Made by a program: the position numbers and the translations under genes. 64,000 nucleotides of DNA from a virus. The notes beneath the pieces are model-generated. The model was not told where the DNA came from. It saw nothing but the letters and a program-made list of their open reading frames with translations, and ran no database searches. Within the stretch, counting starts at the first letter, position 1; every line of letters starts with the position of its first letter. The stretch lies in IMG/VR virus record IMGVR_UViG_3300042922_000295, positions 20,498-84,497 of that record; one strand, written 5' to 3'. This document shows, in pieces, positions 8,176 through 17,261 of the stretch.

Positions 8176-9411
8176 GTGATCGTGAAGAAGCAGATCATCA
8201 GCAGCATCGCGGCCGTGGGCCTGGCCCTCGGTAGCATGCTGGCGGGGGCAAGCGTCGCCGCCGCCGAGGAGGCACCGTCGACCGGCGTGTGCGTCCCGGC
8301 TCCGGCAGTCCCCGCGACCACGGAGGAGCGTCTCGTCACCGAGGCGTGGGTCGAGACGATCGTGCACCCGGCCGTGACCGAGGAGGTCGAGCACGACGCT
8401 GTCTACGAGACGGTCGAGCACCCGGCCGAGACCGTCGACCACCCGGCCGAGACCGTCGACCACCCCGCCGTCTACGAGACGGTCGTCATCGTCGAGGCGC
8501 AGCCCGCCGTTCCGGAGGTTCCCGAGGTCAGCCACACGGACTACGTGTGGAAGAACTGGATCACCCAGGAGCGTCAGGTCACGCACGACTCCAACTCGCC
8601 CGGGTTCTTCTGGGCGAAGGTCGGCACCGAGAAGCATGTCACCCAGGAGTACGTCCCGGGCAAGCCCGCCGTCGAGGAGGTCACCGAGCAGCGTCTCGTC
8701 AAGGAGGCATGGAGCGAGACCGTCAAGGAGGCGTACACCGAGACGATCAAGGAGGCGTACACCGAGGAGGTGCTCGTCACCGAGGCCTGGACCGAGACGG
8801 TCGTCATCGTCGAGGCGCACACCGAGAAGATCGAGCACGACGCCGTCTACGAGACGATCGATCACCCGGCGGTCGAGGCGATCAAGTGCCAGGACGGTGT
8901 GACGGTCACGGCCAGCACGCGGTGCCTCGACGGCACCGCCTACGTCGGCGTCCGTGTGGTCAACAACACGGGCGGCGCACTCACGGTGAAGTCCGGTCCG
9001 ACGTCCGATGTCGCCTTCGCGGCGAACGAGGTCGCGGCGGGCGGGAACTTCTACCAGTCCTACAACCAGCGTGCCGCAACCCTGGACGCGGGCAAGGTCG
9101 TCGTCGCCCTGAAGAACGCGGGCGGCGCGTGGACGTCCACGGCGCGCTACACGTCCCTGGACTGCGAGGTCACGCCCGTGACGCCGGAGAGCCCGGCGCC
9201 CTCCAACGCGGCGCCCGCACCGGCGCCCACGGTGACGCAGGTCAGCAACCCGGTGGTCAACGAGGCGAACCCGACCGAGACGCTGTCGGCGCAGGAGGGT
9301 AGTACGCTCGCCAGCACGGGAGCGAACACCCGCCTGTTCGGCATCGGCGCGGGCATCCTCATCCTCGGCGGTGTCGTCATCATGGCGACTCGCCGGTTCA
9401 GCAGCAACTGA
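8176..9411 (+). CDS. Secreted, sortase-anchored (LAxTG) surface protein with repeats
   Basis: N-terminal signal peptide, HPAVYETV and EAxTET repeats, C-terminal LASTG, hydrophobic helix and RR tail. Confidence 0.88.
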   Translation: MIVKKQIISSIAAVGLALGSMLAGASVAAAEEAPSTGVCVPAPAVPATTEERLVTEAWVETIVHPAVTEEVEHDAVYETVEHPAETVDHPAETVDHPAVYETVVIVEAQPAVPEVPEVSHTDYVWKNWITQERQVTHDSNSPGFFWAKVGTEKHVTQEYVPGKPAVEEVTEQRLVKEAWSETVKEAYTETIKEAYTEEVLVTEAWTETVVIVEAHTEKIEHDAVYETIDHPAVEAIKCQDGVTVTASTRCLDGTAYVGVRVVNNTGGALTVKSGPTSDVAFAANEVAAGGNFYQSYNQRAATLDAGKVVVALKNAGGAWTSTARYTSLDCEVTPVTPESPAPSNAAPAPAPTVTQVSNPVVNEANPTETLSAQEGSTLASTGANTRLFGIGAGILILGGVVIMATRRFSSN

Positions 9412-9425
9412 TCCATCCGCTCGAA

Positions 9426-9455
9426 GTCGGGCTGGAGCCTCGGTTCCAGCCCGGC
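9426..9455 (+). terminator. Terminator-like hairpin
   Basis: GTCGGGCTGGAGC / GTTCCAGCCCGGC directly after the surface-protein stop. Confidence 0.6.
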
Positions 9456-9504
9456 CTCGGACTGATGTTATCAGCCCGACCCGACACAGCGAAAGGAGTT
9501 CCCG

Positions 9505-9747
9505 ATGGCCGAGAAGCTTCTGGTCTTCGAGAACAACCTCGGAGAGCGTGCGTTCATCAACGCGATCACCTCCGAGGTCAACCCGAGGTCCGGTCACCGC
9601 GAGGTGTACCTGAAGGGCTTCGACACGGAGGCAAAGCCGGTGTCCTACCCGGCTGACCTCCTCCTCGACGGACGCCTCCACGTCGAGCGCGGGATCGCGG
9701 TCCGGTGGCACTTCAAGCGATCGGAGTACACGGGTGCCGCAGGCTGA
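9505..9747 (+). CDS. Hypothetical protein, 80 aa
   Basis: AAAGGAG RBS. Confidence 0.85.
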   Translation: MAEKLLVFENNLGERAFINAITSEVNPRSGHREVYLKGFDTEAKPVSYPADLLLDGRLHVERGIAVRWHFKRSEYTGAAG

Positions 9748-10471
9748 CGCCGCCTACGATCTCCGGTACACCGACCGGGACGTACGGGAGGACCCCCGTC
9801 TGACCGAGCTGGCCATCGCCTACCTCGGTCAGTACGGCGGGGACTTCGAACCACTCGTGGGCGCGCAGCGCATGCTGCGCGCTCGCGGGGGGCTCACCAC
9901 GGCAGTGACACGCAAGGTGTTGAACTGCATGCGCCACGACTGGAACGTCGCAGGCGAACTGCCCGAGCCCAAGGGCTACAGCCTAGGGAGCAACGTCGTG
10001 CCTTTCCCGAAGCAAGAGCCCGAGCCCGAGCCGCCACCGCCGCTCGGTAGCCCGAGGTGCAACATCAAGGCGCTGCATCATTCTCACAGCGTCCCGGCCC
10101 TCTTCGAGAACCAGTACCGTGGCTGGTGCCCAGGCGTGCGAAACGAGCGAGAGGTTCTCATTCGCCCCGCCAGGGTTAAGCACGAGTTTCTCATCGGCAA
10201 GACGGGGCGCCTGATTCACAGACTCAATCCGTGGCACCCACCCGTCGTCATCTGGGAGCCCAACCAGTATGACGACACGGGGTGGGACAAGGTCTACCTC
10301 AAGGTATGGACGCAGTGCAAGAACCCGGGCAACATCAAGTCGCCCATCGTCATGTCGTACTTCGAGGCTGCATCGCTGTGGGCGACGGGCGAGCGTAACA
10401 TCGGATACGCAAAGCCGGTCGCGCTGAGCCTGTGCATGAACTGCTTTCCCAGGGGAGATCTGAATGCGTGA
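9734..10471 (+). CDS. Hypothetical protein, 245 aa
   Basis: Overlapping operon gene; GGAG RBS. Confidence 0.8.
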   Translation: MPQADAAYDLRYTDRDVREDPRLTELAIAYLGQYGGDFEPLVGAQRMLRARGGLTTAVTRKVLNCMRHDWNVAGELPEPKGYSLGSNVVPFPKQEPEPEPPPPLGSPRCNIKALHHSHSVPALFENQYRGWCPGVRNEREVLIRPARVKHEFLIGKTGRLIHRLNPWHPPVVIWEPNQYDDTGWDKVYLKVWTQCKNPGNIKSPIVMSYFEAASLWATGERNIGYAKPVALSLCMNCFPRGDLNA

Positions 10472-10634
10472 GTTCGCGCTCATGAACGGTGACACGGTGG
10501 TAAACATCGTGCTCACCAACAAGACCAAGGAGCAGGTGGAGCGCACCGCCTCGGAGGGCTACAAGGTGGTCCCCATCGAGATGGTGCCGCGTGCTTCGCT
10601 GACCCGCTACAAGTACTGGAAGGAGCGGTCCTGA
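10464..10634 (+). CDS. Hypothetical protein, 56 aa (not in ORF track)
   Basis: GGGGAG RBS, MREFALMNGDTVVNIVL...WKERS*; fills the gap exactly. Confidence 0.75.
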   Translation: MREFALMNGDTVVNIVLTNKTKEQVERTASEGYKVVPIEMVPRASLTRYKYWKERS

Positions 10635-10898
10635 ATGGACATGGCCCAGGCCCTGGAGTGGGCTGCCAAGTTCGCTGAGGACACCAAGCTGTTCGAGCCG
10701 GTCCTCAACGCTCGCGGCTACGCGGACGGCTGGAAGCCGCCGGACCCGCACGACAAGTCGGTCATCATCACCGAGCTCGCCAAGACGGTGGTGACCCCGG
10801 TCGTGAGCCTCAACGACGTGTCCAACGTCTGCATGCACGGCGCGCTCATCTGTGCACCGTGTGACTTCATCCCGCCCTCGTGGCGCCCGAGCGAGTGA
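10635..10898 (+). CDS. Hypothetical protein, 87 aa
   Basis: AAGGAG RBS; CxH...CxxC tail. Confidence 0.8.
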   Translation: MDMAQALEWAAKFAEDTKLFEPVLNARGYADGWKPPDPHDKSVIITELAKTVVTPVVSLNDVSNVCMHGALICAPCDFIPPSWRPSE

Positions 10899-10906
10899 GG
10901 ACAGGA

Positions 10907-11716
10907 ATGGCAGAGACAACGACCGCCGAAAAGTTCTGCACCAAGAAGGTCAAGAACGAGTACGGCGAGCAGGTGCCCTGCGGGCAGCGCCTGAAGGGGG
11001 AGTGCCGGAACCGCAAGAACCACGTCGGCAAGTACAAGACGGGGTTCTGCTCGAACGGGTTCTGCGAGGGGGTGAGTGTCAAGTCCCCTCGCACCGGCAA
11101 GCCGATGAAGCACTGCGAGGCATGGCAGACGTGCGGGTGCCAGTGCCACGTCGGCGTCGACAAGCTCTTCATCATGACGAAGATGCCTCGCGTCCACCAG
11201 GACATGTCCGGCTACAGCCCGCCGCACAGCCCGTACAAGATGCCGACCGCCGAGGAGCGTGCACTGCTGCACGCCGCCGCGAAGTCGAGCACGCCCGACA
11301 AGCCCGTAGTCGTCATCGAGTCGCCCGCCCCCGGGCTGGTTCCCCCGACGATCCAGCGCGAGTTCAAGGAGACTCCGACCGGCCGCGCCGGGCGCGGTCA
11401 GCTCGAATACCGGGTGAAGGAGTTCTGCGACGAGTACCTGGTCGCCACGCTGGACCTCGCCTGCACACCGAAGGCCGTGGCCGAGGGCATCGCGAAGAAG
11501 TACGGGATCGAGCCGCCGAGCCAGGGTGCCGTCGATGCCGTGTTCAAGCGGTGGGTCGCGCTCGACTTCGCCATGGTCGCGAGCAAGCCGACGCGCTTCA
11601 TCGGGTACACGCCCGAGGGCGCGAAGCTCGGCCTGGAGGCCATGAAGGTCCAGGCCAAGCAGCGTGCCAAGTCGAAGGAAGCGGAGTCAGCGCGCACCTT
11701 GCGTCCGCGCAAGTAA
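10907..11716 (+). CDS. Cys-rich protein with possible C-terminal winged helix
   Basis: Nine Cys in the N-terminal part; C-terminal TPKAVAEGI...PSQGAVDAVFKRW. Confidence 0.8.
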   Translation: MAETTTAEKFCTKKVKNEYGEQVPCGQRLKGECRNRKNHVGKYKTGFCSNGFCEGVSVKSPRTGKPMKHCEAWQTCGCQCHVGVDKLFIMTKMPRVHQDMSGYSPPHSPYKMPTAEERALLHAAAKSSTPDKPVVVIESPAPGLVPPTIQREFKETPTGRAGRGQLEYRVKEFCDEYLVATLDLACTPKAVAEGIAKKYGIEPPSQGAVDAVFKRWVALDFAMVASKPTRFIGYTPEGAKLGLEAMKVQAKQRAKSKEAESARTLRPRK

Positions 11717-11743
11717 CCGCTCCACGCCGATAGCATCCCTCGC

Positions 11744-11773
11744 TAGACGGCGACCGGGCGCATGCCCTAGACT
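11744..11773 (+). promoter_or_regulatory. Putative promoter
   Basis: TAGACG-18 nt-TAGACT in an intergenic gap. Confidence 0.55.
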
Positions 11774-11865
11774 ATGACCTGCCGCCGTACTGTGTCGGGT
11801 CGATGGCATCCGCCGAGGGTCACGCTTAATCAGCGTGGCCCTCGGCTTCTCTGTGAGGAGGAAAC

Positions 11866-12168
11866 GTGGCAGACAATCGCGGCCAAGGGGTCAACCTTCC
11901 GGCGCCTAACGTCGGACTGCCTCCGCGCCCGTTCCTGTACACGATCGATCAGCTCGCGGTCGTGCTGAACATGCGCGAGGAGAACATCAAGAACCGCTAC
12001 CTCTACCTCGAAGGGCGCAGTATCGGCGTCCGGAGGAAGGATCTCATGGTGGCGCGGAACATCGCACTGCGGGAAGAGAAGCCCGACTGGCGGGTGACCG
12101 AGCGCGAGTTCATCCGGTGGATGAAGCTCAAGGGCTTCAAATACTACGAACGAGGTACCTTCGCCTAG
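11866..12168 (+). CDS. Putative HTH DNA-binding protein (excisionase/MerR-like fold)
   Basis: GAGGAGG RBS; LYTIDQLAVVLNM...WRVTEREFIRW. Confidence 0.7.
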   Translation: MADNRGQGVNLPAPNVGLPPRPFLYTIDQLAVVLNMREENIKNRYLYLEGRSIGVRRKDLMVARNIALREEKPDWRVTEREFIRWMKLKGFKYYERGTFA

Positions 12169-12217
12169 TAGCCGATAGCGCGCCGTGACGTGCACGAACG
12201 TATGGGATGGTACGGTT

Positions 12218-12670
12218 ATGAACATGCCGGAGCCCCAGCCTGGACCGCTACGTAAGGCGCTGAACTACGCCGAGAACGACCTCGGAGTGCACGCGGCTTA
12301 CGAGGAGGCCAACAAGGCAAAGGCCACACTGGAGGCCGATCTGGACCTCCTTGCACAGGCTCGCAGTGGCAAGCGCGAGCTGGAACAGAAGATTGCCGAC
12401 AGGGAGATGGAGCTCGTCATCGACGAGACTTCCAAGCACCCGAGCATGTCGGTAGCGGCCATGGAGCGTCACCTCAAGGTGGTGGTCCACACGGATGAAC
12501 CGATGCGGAGCCTGAAGCAGGGCCTGTCCAATCAAGCCCTAGCCCTTGACCTGGCCGAATCAAGGGTGAAGTCATCCGACGCAGCGGTTCGGATTGCAGT
12601 CGCTCGCCTGAGTGAGTTGGGTGGATATCTCACCTACCTCGCTGCAATCAAGTCAGCCCAGAAAGCGTAG
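12218..12670 (+). CDS. Coiled-coil hypothetical protein
   Basis: Helical heptads. TGG-TACGGT extended -10 at 12208-12216 suggests a leaderless start at ATG 12224. Confidence 0.8.
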   Translation: MNMPEPQPGPLRKALNYAENDLGVHAAYEEANKAKATLEADLDLLAQARSGKRELEQKIADREMELVIDETSKHPSMSVAAMERHLKVVVHTDEPMRSLKQGLSNQALALDLAESRVKSSDAAVRIAVARLSELGGYLTYLAAIKSAQKA

Positions 12671-12684
12671 AAAGCGAGAACGGA

Positions 12685-13845
12685 ATGACAGTCGACACGG
12701 TCGGCAACGCAGGGGCCGTCGGCGCCTGGTCGCAGGGTGACCAGGGGGTCGCGGGCCTGGAGGACATCGGTGCGGAGGACTTCAGCGTCCCCCGGCTGAA
12801 GATCATGCAGCGGGAGTCGCGGTTCAAGCTCCCGGACGGTTCCGAGCTGCAGCAGCTCGACTGCATCCTGCTCGGCATGACCAAGCAGCGCATCATGTGG
12901 TACAGGGACCTGGAGGACAACGACAAGCCGCAGTGCAAGTCCCCGGACTTCCAGCACGGCTTCCCGAACATCGGGCGCGGTCGTCCCCAGACGCACTTCC
13001 CGTTCTCGATCACGCCCTTCACGCCGGAGTCGCTCCGGCCGGTCGAGGAGCCGCCGTCGTACGAGTGGCAGGACGGGTACTCGTCCAACGGTCACCCGGT
13101 CATCGCCTGCTCCACGTGCCCGCTCAAGGAGTGGGGCAAGGACTCGTCGGGCAAGTCGACGCCCCCGCCGTGCTCGGAGCAGCACACGTACGCGCTGCTC
13201 TACACCACGGACCAGGGTCAGAGCTGGTTCCCGGCGATCCTCACGCTCCAGAAGACCGGCATCAAGCCCTCGAAGAACTACATCCAGGGCTTCGCGCAGC
13301 GTCGGCTCCCGCTGTTCTCGGCGCAGACCCGCATCACGCTGCGCGGCGAGAAGCGCGGCATGGTCGAGTACTCCGTGCCGACGTTCGAGAAGATCGGTGA
13401 CAACGATCCTTCGATGGCGGCGGAGTTCGCGGACAAGGGTCGGGCCATCCGCGACTTCCTCCGGGCGGCTCCCCGTCCGAACGAGGTCGAGGCAGCTCCG
13501 GAGTCGAACCCGGGCGCGGCAGACCCGTGGGCGACGGACGGTCAGCGTCCGGCACCCGCACCGGCTCCCGCCCCGGCACCGGCAGCCCCGGCACCCGCCG
13601 CACCGGCACCGGCAGCGGTCGCTGCTGCCCCTGTGGCGCCCGCTCCGGCCGCACCGGCACCCGTGGCACCGGCAGCCCCGGCTGCGCCCGCACCGGCCGC
13701 TCCGGCGCCGCCCGTGGCACCCGCCGCGACGGCGCCCACGGCCCCGGCAGCGCCGCCCACGCCGACGCCCGCGCCGCCCTCCATGCCCGCCATGGCGACG
13801 CCTCCTCCGGCGTCGGAGGACGACGACGACGAGATTCCCTTCTGA
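12685..13845 (+). CDS. Putative ssDNA-binding / recombination protein
   Basis: Cys-containing phage domain, long Pro/Ala linker and SSB-type acidic tail EDDDDEIPF. Confidence 0.7.
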   Translation: MTVDTVGNAGAVGAWSQGDQGVAGLEDIGAEDFSVPRLKIMQRESRFKLPDGSELQQLDCILLGMTKQRIMWYRDLEDNDKPQCKSPDFQHGFPNIGRGRPQTHFPFSITPFTPESLRPVEEPPSYEWQDGYSSNGHPVIACSTCPLKEWGKDSSGKSTPPPCSEQHTYALLYTTDQGQSWFPAILTLQKTGIKPSKNYIQGFAQRRLPLFSAQTRITLRGEKRGMVEYSVPTFEKIGDNDPSMAAEFADKGRAIRDFLRAAPRPNEVEAAPESNPGAADPWATDGQRPAPAPAPAPAPAAPAPAAPAPAAVAAAPVAPAPAAPAPVAPAAPAAPAPAAPAPPVAPAATAPTAPAAPPTPTPAPPSMPAMATPPPASEDDDDEIPF

Positions 13846-13873
13846 TCGTCGAGGGGTAATTCGTCAGTAAGAC

Positions 13874-13918
13874 CAGGGCGGTCCCGGTGTGCATCCCCAC
13901 ACCACCGGGACCGCCCTG
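13874..13918 (+). terminator. 16-bp inverted repeat
   Basis: CAGGGCGGTCCCGGTG / CACCGGGACCGCCCTG. Confidence 0.6.
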
Positions 13919-13946
13919 CCCATGATCCGACGAAAGTAGAGGTGCT

Positions 13947-14504
13947 ATGGACATCAACATGTACGTCCAGGACCAGATCAACCAGGTGAACGACACCCTG
14001 GACTCCCTGGACAACGAGTCGCTCGCCGTCATCGGGCAGCTCGTCAGCGCAATCGTCCTCGGCCACGAGGGCCTCGGGCACTACTGGAAGGGCACCATCG
14101 ACGCACGCCTCCGGGCACGCGGCGCCTGCCTCGGCTGCGGCGGAGACCCGCTGCGTCACGCACACGACATGGACGGCCAGATCGTCCCGCTGGACGAGGA
14201 CGAGCCTGTTGCGGCGCAGGGTGACTCGTATAAGCACTTCCAGAGCGAGCCCAAGGAGGTCGCGGAGTACCTCCAGGGAACGCTGTTCGACGACCCCGCA
14301 GACATCGTTCCGGGTGACCCCATCGCGAACATGAAGGCCAACGCCTTGGAGTGGGGAGTCACCTTCGCGGACGAGGGCAACCTCTTCGGTCCGGTCATCT
14401 GCGATGGCTGCGGCCAGGAGTACGTGTCGCTGGAGGACCGCATGCTCCGCCCGCCCGGCCTCGACGGGTGCCACTTCTGCCAGCTCAAGTCGCGGCTCGG
14501 CTGA
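13947..14504 (+). CDS. Hypothetical protein with three CxxC motifs
   Basis: AGAGGT RBS; CLGC, CDGC, CHFC. Confidence 0.85.
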   Translation: MDINMYVQDQINQVNDTLDSLDNESLAVIGQLVSAIVLGHEGLGHYWKGTIDARLRARGACLGCGGDPLRHAHDMDGQIVPLDEDEPVAAQGDSYKHFQSEPKEVAEYLQGTLFDDPADIVPGDPIANMKANALEWGVTFADEGNLFGPVICDGCGQEYVSLEDRMLRPPGLDGCHFCQLKSRLG

Positions 14505-14662
14505 TGGACTGGCTCGCACTGCTCGGCAGTGTCGTCACGTTCGGGATCGGCTGGCACATGGGTAGCCTCAAGGGCTACAAGATCGGCGTCAAGTCTGGCA
14601 CCGAGCGAACCACGCAGGCCATCACCGAGGGCTACATGCTGATTCCCCGGAGGAAGCGATGA
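14504..14662 (+). CDS. Small membrane protein, 52 aa
   Basis: TGATG coupling; hydrophobic N-terminus MDWLALLGSVVTFGIGW. Confidence 0.75.
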   Translation: MDWLALLGSVVTFGIGWHMGSLKGYKIGVKSGTERTTQAITEGYMLIPRRKR

Positions 14663-14913
14663 ACCAGGGTCGACGCAGGCGCAACGGACAGATCGACCGC
14701 AAGCGCATGACGTGCGCTCACTGCCTGCAGGGCAACTGCATGCGGTGCGTCGACGTCGTCCGAGTGGCGTTCGACATGAAGCCTCTGTGCACCTGCACGG
14801 CCAAGGACCACGGTGGCGAGCCTGCTGCGAAGCAGATCGAAGACCCTTTCACCGGCGACGTTCACGCGCCGGGAATGGTCATCAAGAAGGATGGGGAGGT
14901 GGAGCGGAAGTGA
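14659..14913 (+). CDS. Cys-rich hypothetical protein
   Basis: ATGA overlap; six Cys. Confidence 0.8.
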   Translation: MNQGRRRRNGQIDRKRMTCAHCLQGNCMRCVDVVRVAFDMKPLCTCTAKDHGGEPAAKQIEDPFTGDVHAPGMVIKKDGEVERK

Positions 14914-15170
14914 AGTGCGCGCTGTGTGGTAACCCGATCCTGGACGGTGGCGAGGTTGCCGTCGAGGTCAAGGGCTGGGTCAGCGGGCCGAAGCGGGACT
15001 CGATGCGACTCCGCGCCGAGACCGGCAGGAAGGCGCACGAGCACTGCGTCACCATCGTGGCCGCAGGCCAGGACCCCGTCCAGCCCGACCTGTTCGAGCC
15101 GGAGGGTCGGCTCGCAACGGCGGCGACCCAGAACACGGTCACAACCGAGAACCTGGAGGACATGCTGTGA
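14910..15170 (+). CDS. Small zinc-finger-like protein
   Basis: GTGA overlap; CALC...HEHC. Confidence 0.8.
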   Translation: MKCALCGNPILDGGEVAVEVKGWVSGPKRDSMRLRAETGRKAHEHCVTIVAAGQDPVQPDLFEPEGRLATAATQNTVTTENLEDML

Positions 15171-15175
15171 AGGGC

Positions 15176-15343
15176 ATGAGCACGGTATTCGAGTTCGAGA
15201 GGGGCGAGGCGACGCCGCAGGCTGTCTCCCAAGTCCTGTCGGACATCCCCGAGGGCGCCACCATGAAGGTGCTGTCCTACATGAACGGTGACCTCCGCAA
15301 GATCACCGTCACCTTCCCGTTCGACACCCCGCCTGCAGCATGA
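15176..15343 (+). CDS. Hypothetical protein, 55 aa (not in ORF track)
   Basis: MSTVFEFERGEATPQ...; ATGA overlap with the next gene. Confidence 0.7.
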   Translation: MSTVFEFERGEATPQAVSQVLSDIPEGATMKVLSYMNGDLRKITVTFPFDTPPAA

Positions 15344-15621
15344 GCGAGCAGGCGAACCCCCGCGAGGGGGAGTACGAGGCGGCAGCCTACATCTACTACG
15401 ACGACAAGCTCAACGAGGTCTTCAGGTCGTCGCAGCCGAAGTCGGACGCCGAGGCGAAGGATCACTACTACGACCTCTTCGAGCGCGAGCCCGCGTTCAT
15501 CCACGCCCGCCGCTTCGACGGCAAGCACGAGGCGCTGGAGTTCAACCCGGACGAGTACTACGAAGAGCCGACACCCGAGGAGCGAGAGGAGCTGGACGGC
15601 CTTGGCAGTAGCAACGCCTGA
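15340..15621 (+). CDS. Acidic hypothetical protein, 93 aa
   Basis: Typical codon usage; coupled start. Confidence 0.8.
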   Translation: MSEQANPREGEYEAAAYIYYDDKLNEVFRSSQPKSDAEAKDHYYDLFEREPAFIHARRFDGKHEALEFNPDEYYEEPTPEEREELDGLGSSNA

Positions 15622-17080
15622 GACGAACCAGTACACCGGACAGCGTCCGCGCAAGTCACTGGAGCCGTGGATCAAGGATGAGGTGCACTTCTACCCTCAT
15701 CAGATCGACGGTGTGCGGACGCTCGCCCGGCGTCGGTCGTTCCTTCTCGCAGACGACATGGGCCTCGGCAAGTCACTGCAGGCACTCACGGTGTTCGCAG
15801 TCGACGTCGTGCAGGGGTACTCGAAGACCGCCATCGTGGTTGCGCCCGTCACCCTGAAGGGCAACTGGTCCGACGAGATCGAGAAGTTCTCGCGGTTCCC
15901 GCACGTGGTTCTCGACGGGACCCCGGCCAAGCGCCGCAAGCAGATCGAGGAGTTCCGGCAGATCGATGGCCCGAAGATTCTCGTCGTGAACTACGAGCAG
16001 GTCGTCACCCACAAGGATGACCTGAACAGCCTCCTGTTCGACATCGCGATCTTCGACGAGGCGCACTACCTCAAGAACCCGAAGGCGCAGCGCACCAAGG
16101 CGTGCCTCATGCTCTACTCGCGTCGGTCGTTCCTCCTCACGGGTACGCCGATGCTGAACCACGTCGATGAGCTGTGGTCCATTCTCAACCGGATCGACCC
16201 GGTGAAGTGGCCCAAGTACTGGAGCTTCCTCAATCGCTACGCAGTCTTCGGCGGATACAAGGACAAGCAGATCATCGGCGTGAAGAACGAGCTGGAGCTC
16301 ACCGAGCGCCTCAAGGACGTCATGGTTCGGCGCCTCAAGAAGGATGTGCTCGACCTCCCCGAGGTCCAGTACATCGAGCGCCGCGTCGACCTGGAGAAGG
16401 AGCAGCGGACGCTGTACGACGAGGTCGCGAACGAGCTGCGACTCCCGACCCCGGACGGCGACCCGCAGGACATCGAGAACGCCCTCACGAAGTTCCTCCG
16501 ACTCAAGCAGATCTGTGGCACGACACTCCCGTTCACCGGCGAGGACGTGTCCAGCAAGCTCACGCTGGCGGTGTCGGACGACGTCGAGTTGCTGGAGAAC
16601 GGCGAGCGTGTCGTGGTGTTCACGCAGTTCAGGGACGTCCAGCGTGCGTACATCGACCGCCTCAAGAAGGCTCGGCCTAACACGCCTATCTTCGAGCTGC
16701 ACGGTGACGTGCCGACAGACGGTCGCCAGCAGGTCGTCAAGCAGTGGGGGATGACCCAGGAGCCTGGCGTGATCGTCTGCATGCTCCAGGTTGCAGGCGT
16801 CGGCCTGAACATGACGCAGGCGCGGCACGGCAGCTTCATCGACAAGCTCTTCGTCCCCGGCCTCAACCAGCAGGCCGTCGACCGGCTCCACCGTATCGGA
16901 CAGTCCGAGACGCAGCAGGTGCAGATTCGCGAGTACCTGTGCCGCAACACGATCGAGTCCAGGGTCAACCAGATCCTTCGGACGAAGAAGAAGTTGTTCG
17001 GGGAGATCGTGGAGACCGACCCGAACTGGAAGCGGAAGCTCATCGCGGCCATGCGAGAGGATGACAACTACGGTGGATGA
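15602..17080 (+). CDS. SNF2-family DNA helicase
   Basis: LADDMGLGKS, DEAH, LTGTP, GVGLN and QAVDRLHRIGQ. Confidence 0.96.
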   Translation: MAVATPETNQYTGQRPRKSLEPWIKDEVHFYPHQIDGVRTLARRRSFLLADDMGLGKSLQALTVFAVDVVQGYSKTAIVVAPVTLKGNWSDEIEKFSRFPHVVLDGTPAKRRKQIEEFRQIDGPKILVVNYEQVVTHKDDLNSLLFDIAIFDEAHYLKNPKAQRTKACLMLYSRRSFLLTGTPMLNHVDELWSILNRIDPVKWPKYWSFLNRYAVFGGYKDKQIIGVKNELELTERLKDVMVRRLKKDVLDLPEVQYIERRVDLEKEQRTLYDEVANELRLPTPDGDPQDIENALTKFLRLKQICGTTLPFTGEDVSSKLTLAVSDDVELLENGERVVVFTQFRDVQRAYIDRLKKARPNTPIFELHGDVPTDGRQQVVKQWGMTQEPGVIVCMLQVAGVGLNMTQARHGSFIDKLFVPGLNQQAVDRLHRIGQSETQQVQIREYLCRNTIESRVNQILRTKKKLFGEIVETDPNWKRKLIAAMREDDNYGG

Positions 17081-17261
17081 CAACGACCCTCTCGTGAAGG
17101 TCAGCAGCGTGGCGGAGATCTTCGGCGTCCAGCCCCGCACCGTTCGCGAGTGGATCAAGAGCGGCAAGATCAAGGCCACCAGCACGCCGGGTGGTCAGTA
17201 CCGAATCCCTCAGTCCGAAGTTCAGCGACTCGCTGACGCCATGTACGGGAGCAACGCATGA
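17061..17261 (+). CDS. MerR/excisionase-like HTH protein
   Basis: VAEIFGVQPRTVREWIKSGKIKA..TPGGQYRI. Confidence 0.9.
   Translation: MTTTVDDNDPLVKVSSVAEIFGVQPRTVREWIKSGKIKATSTPGGQYRIPQSEVQRLADAMYGSNA

Noticed and set aside
8340-8880. Tandem DNA repeats as a possible array or DGR template
   Set aside because: In-frame repeats explained by protein repeats; no reverse transcriptase in the window.
13540-13810. GC-rich low-complexity repeats
   Set aside because: Encode the Pro/Ala linker of the SSB-like protein.
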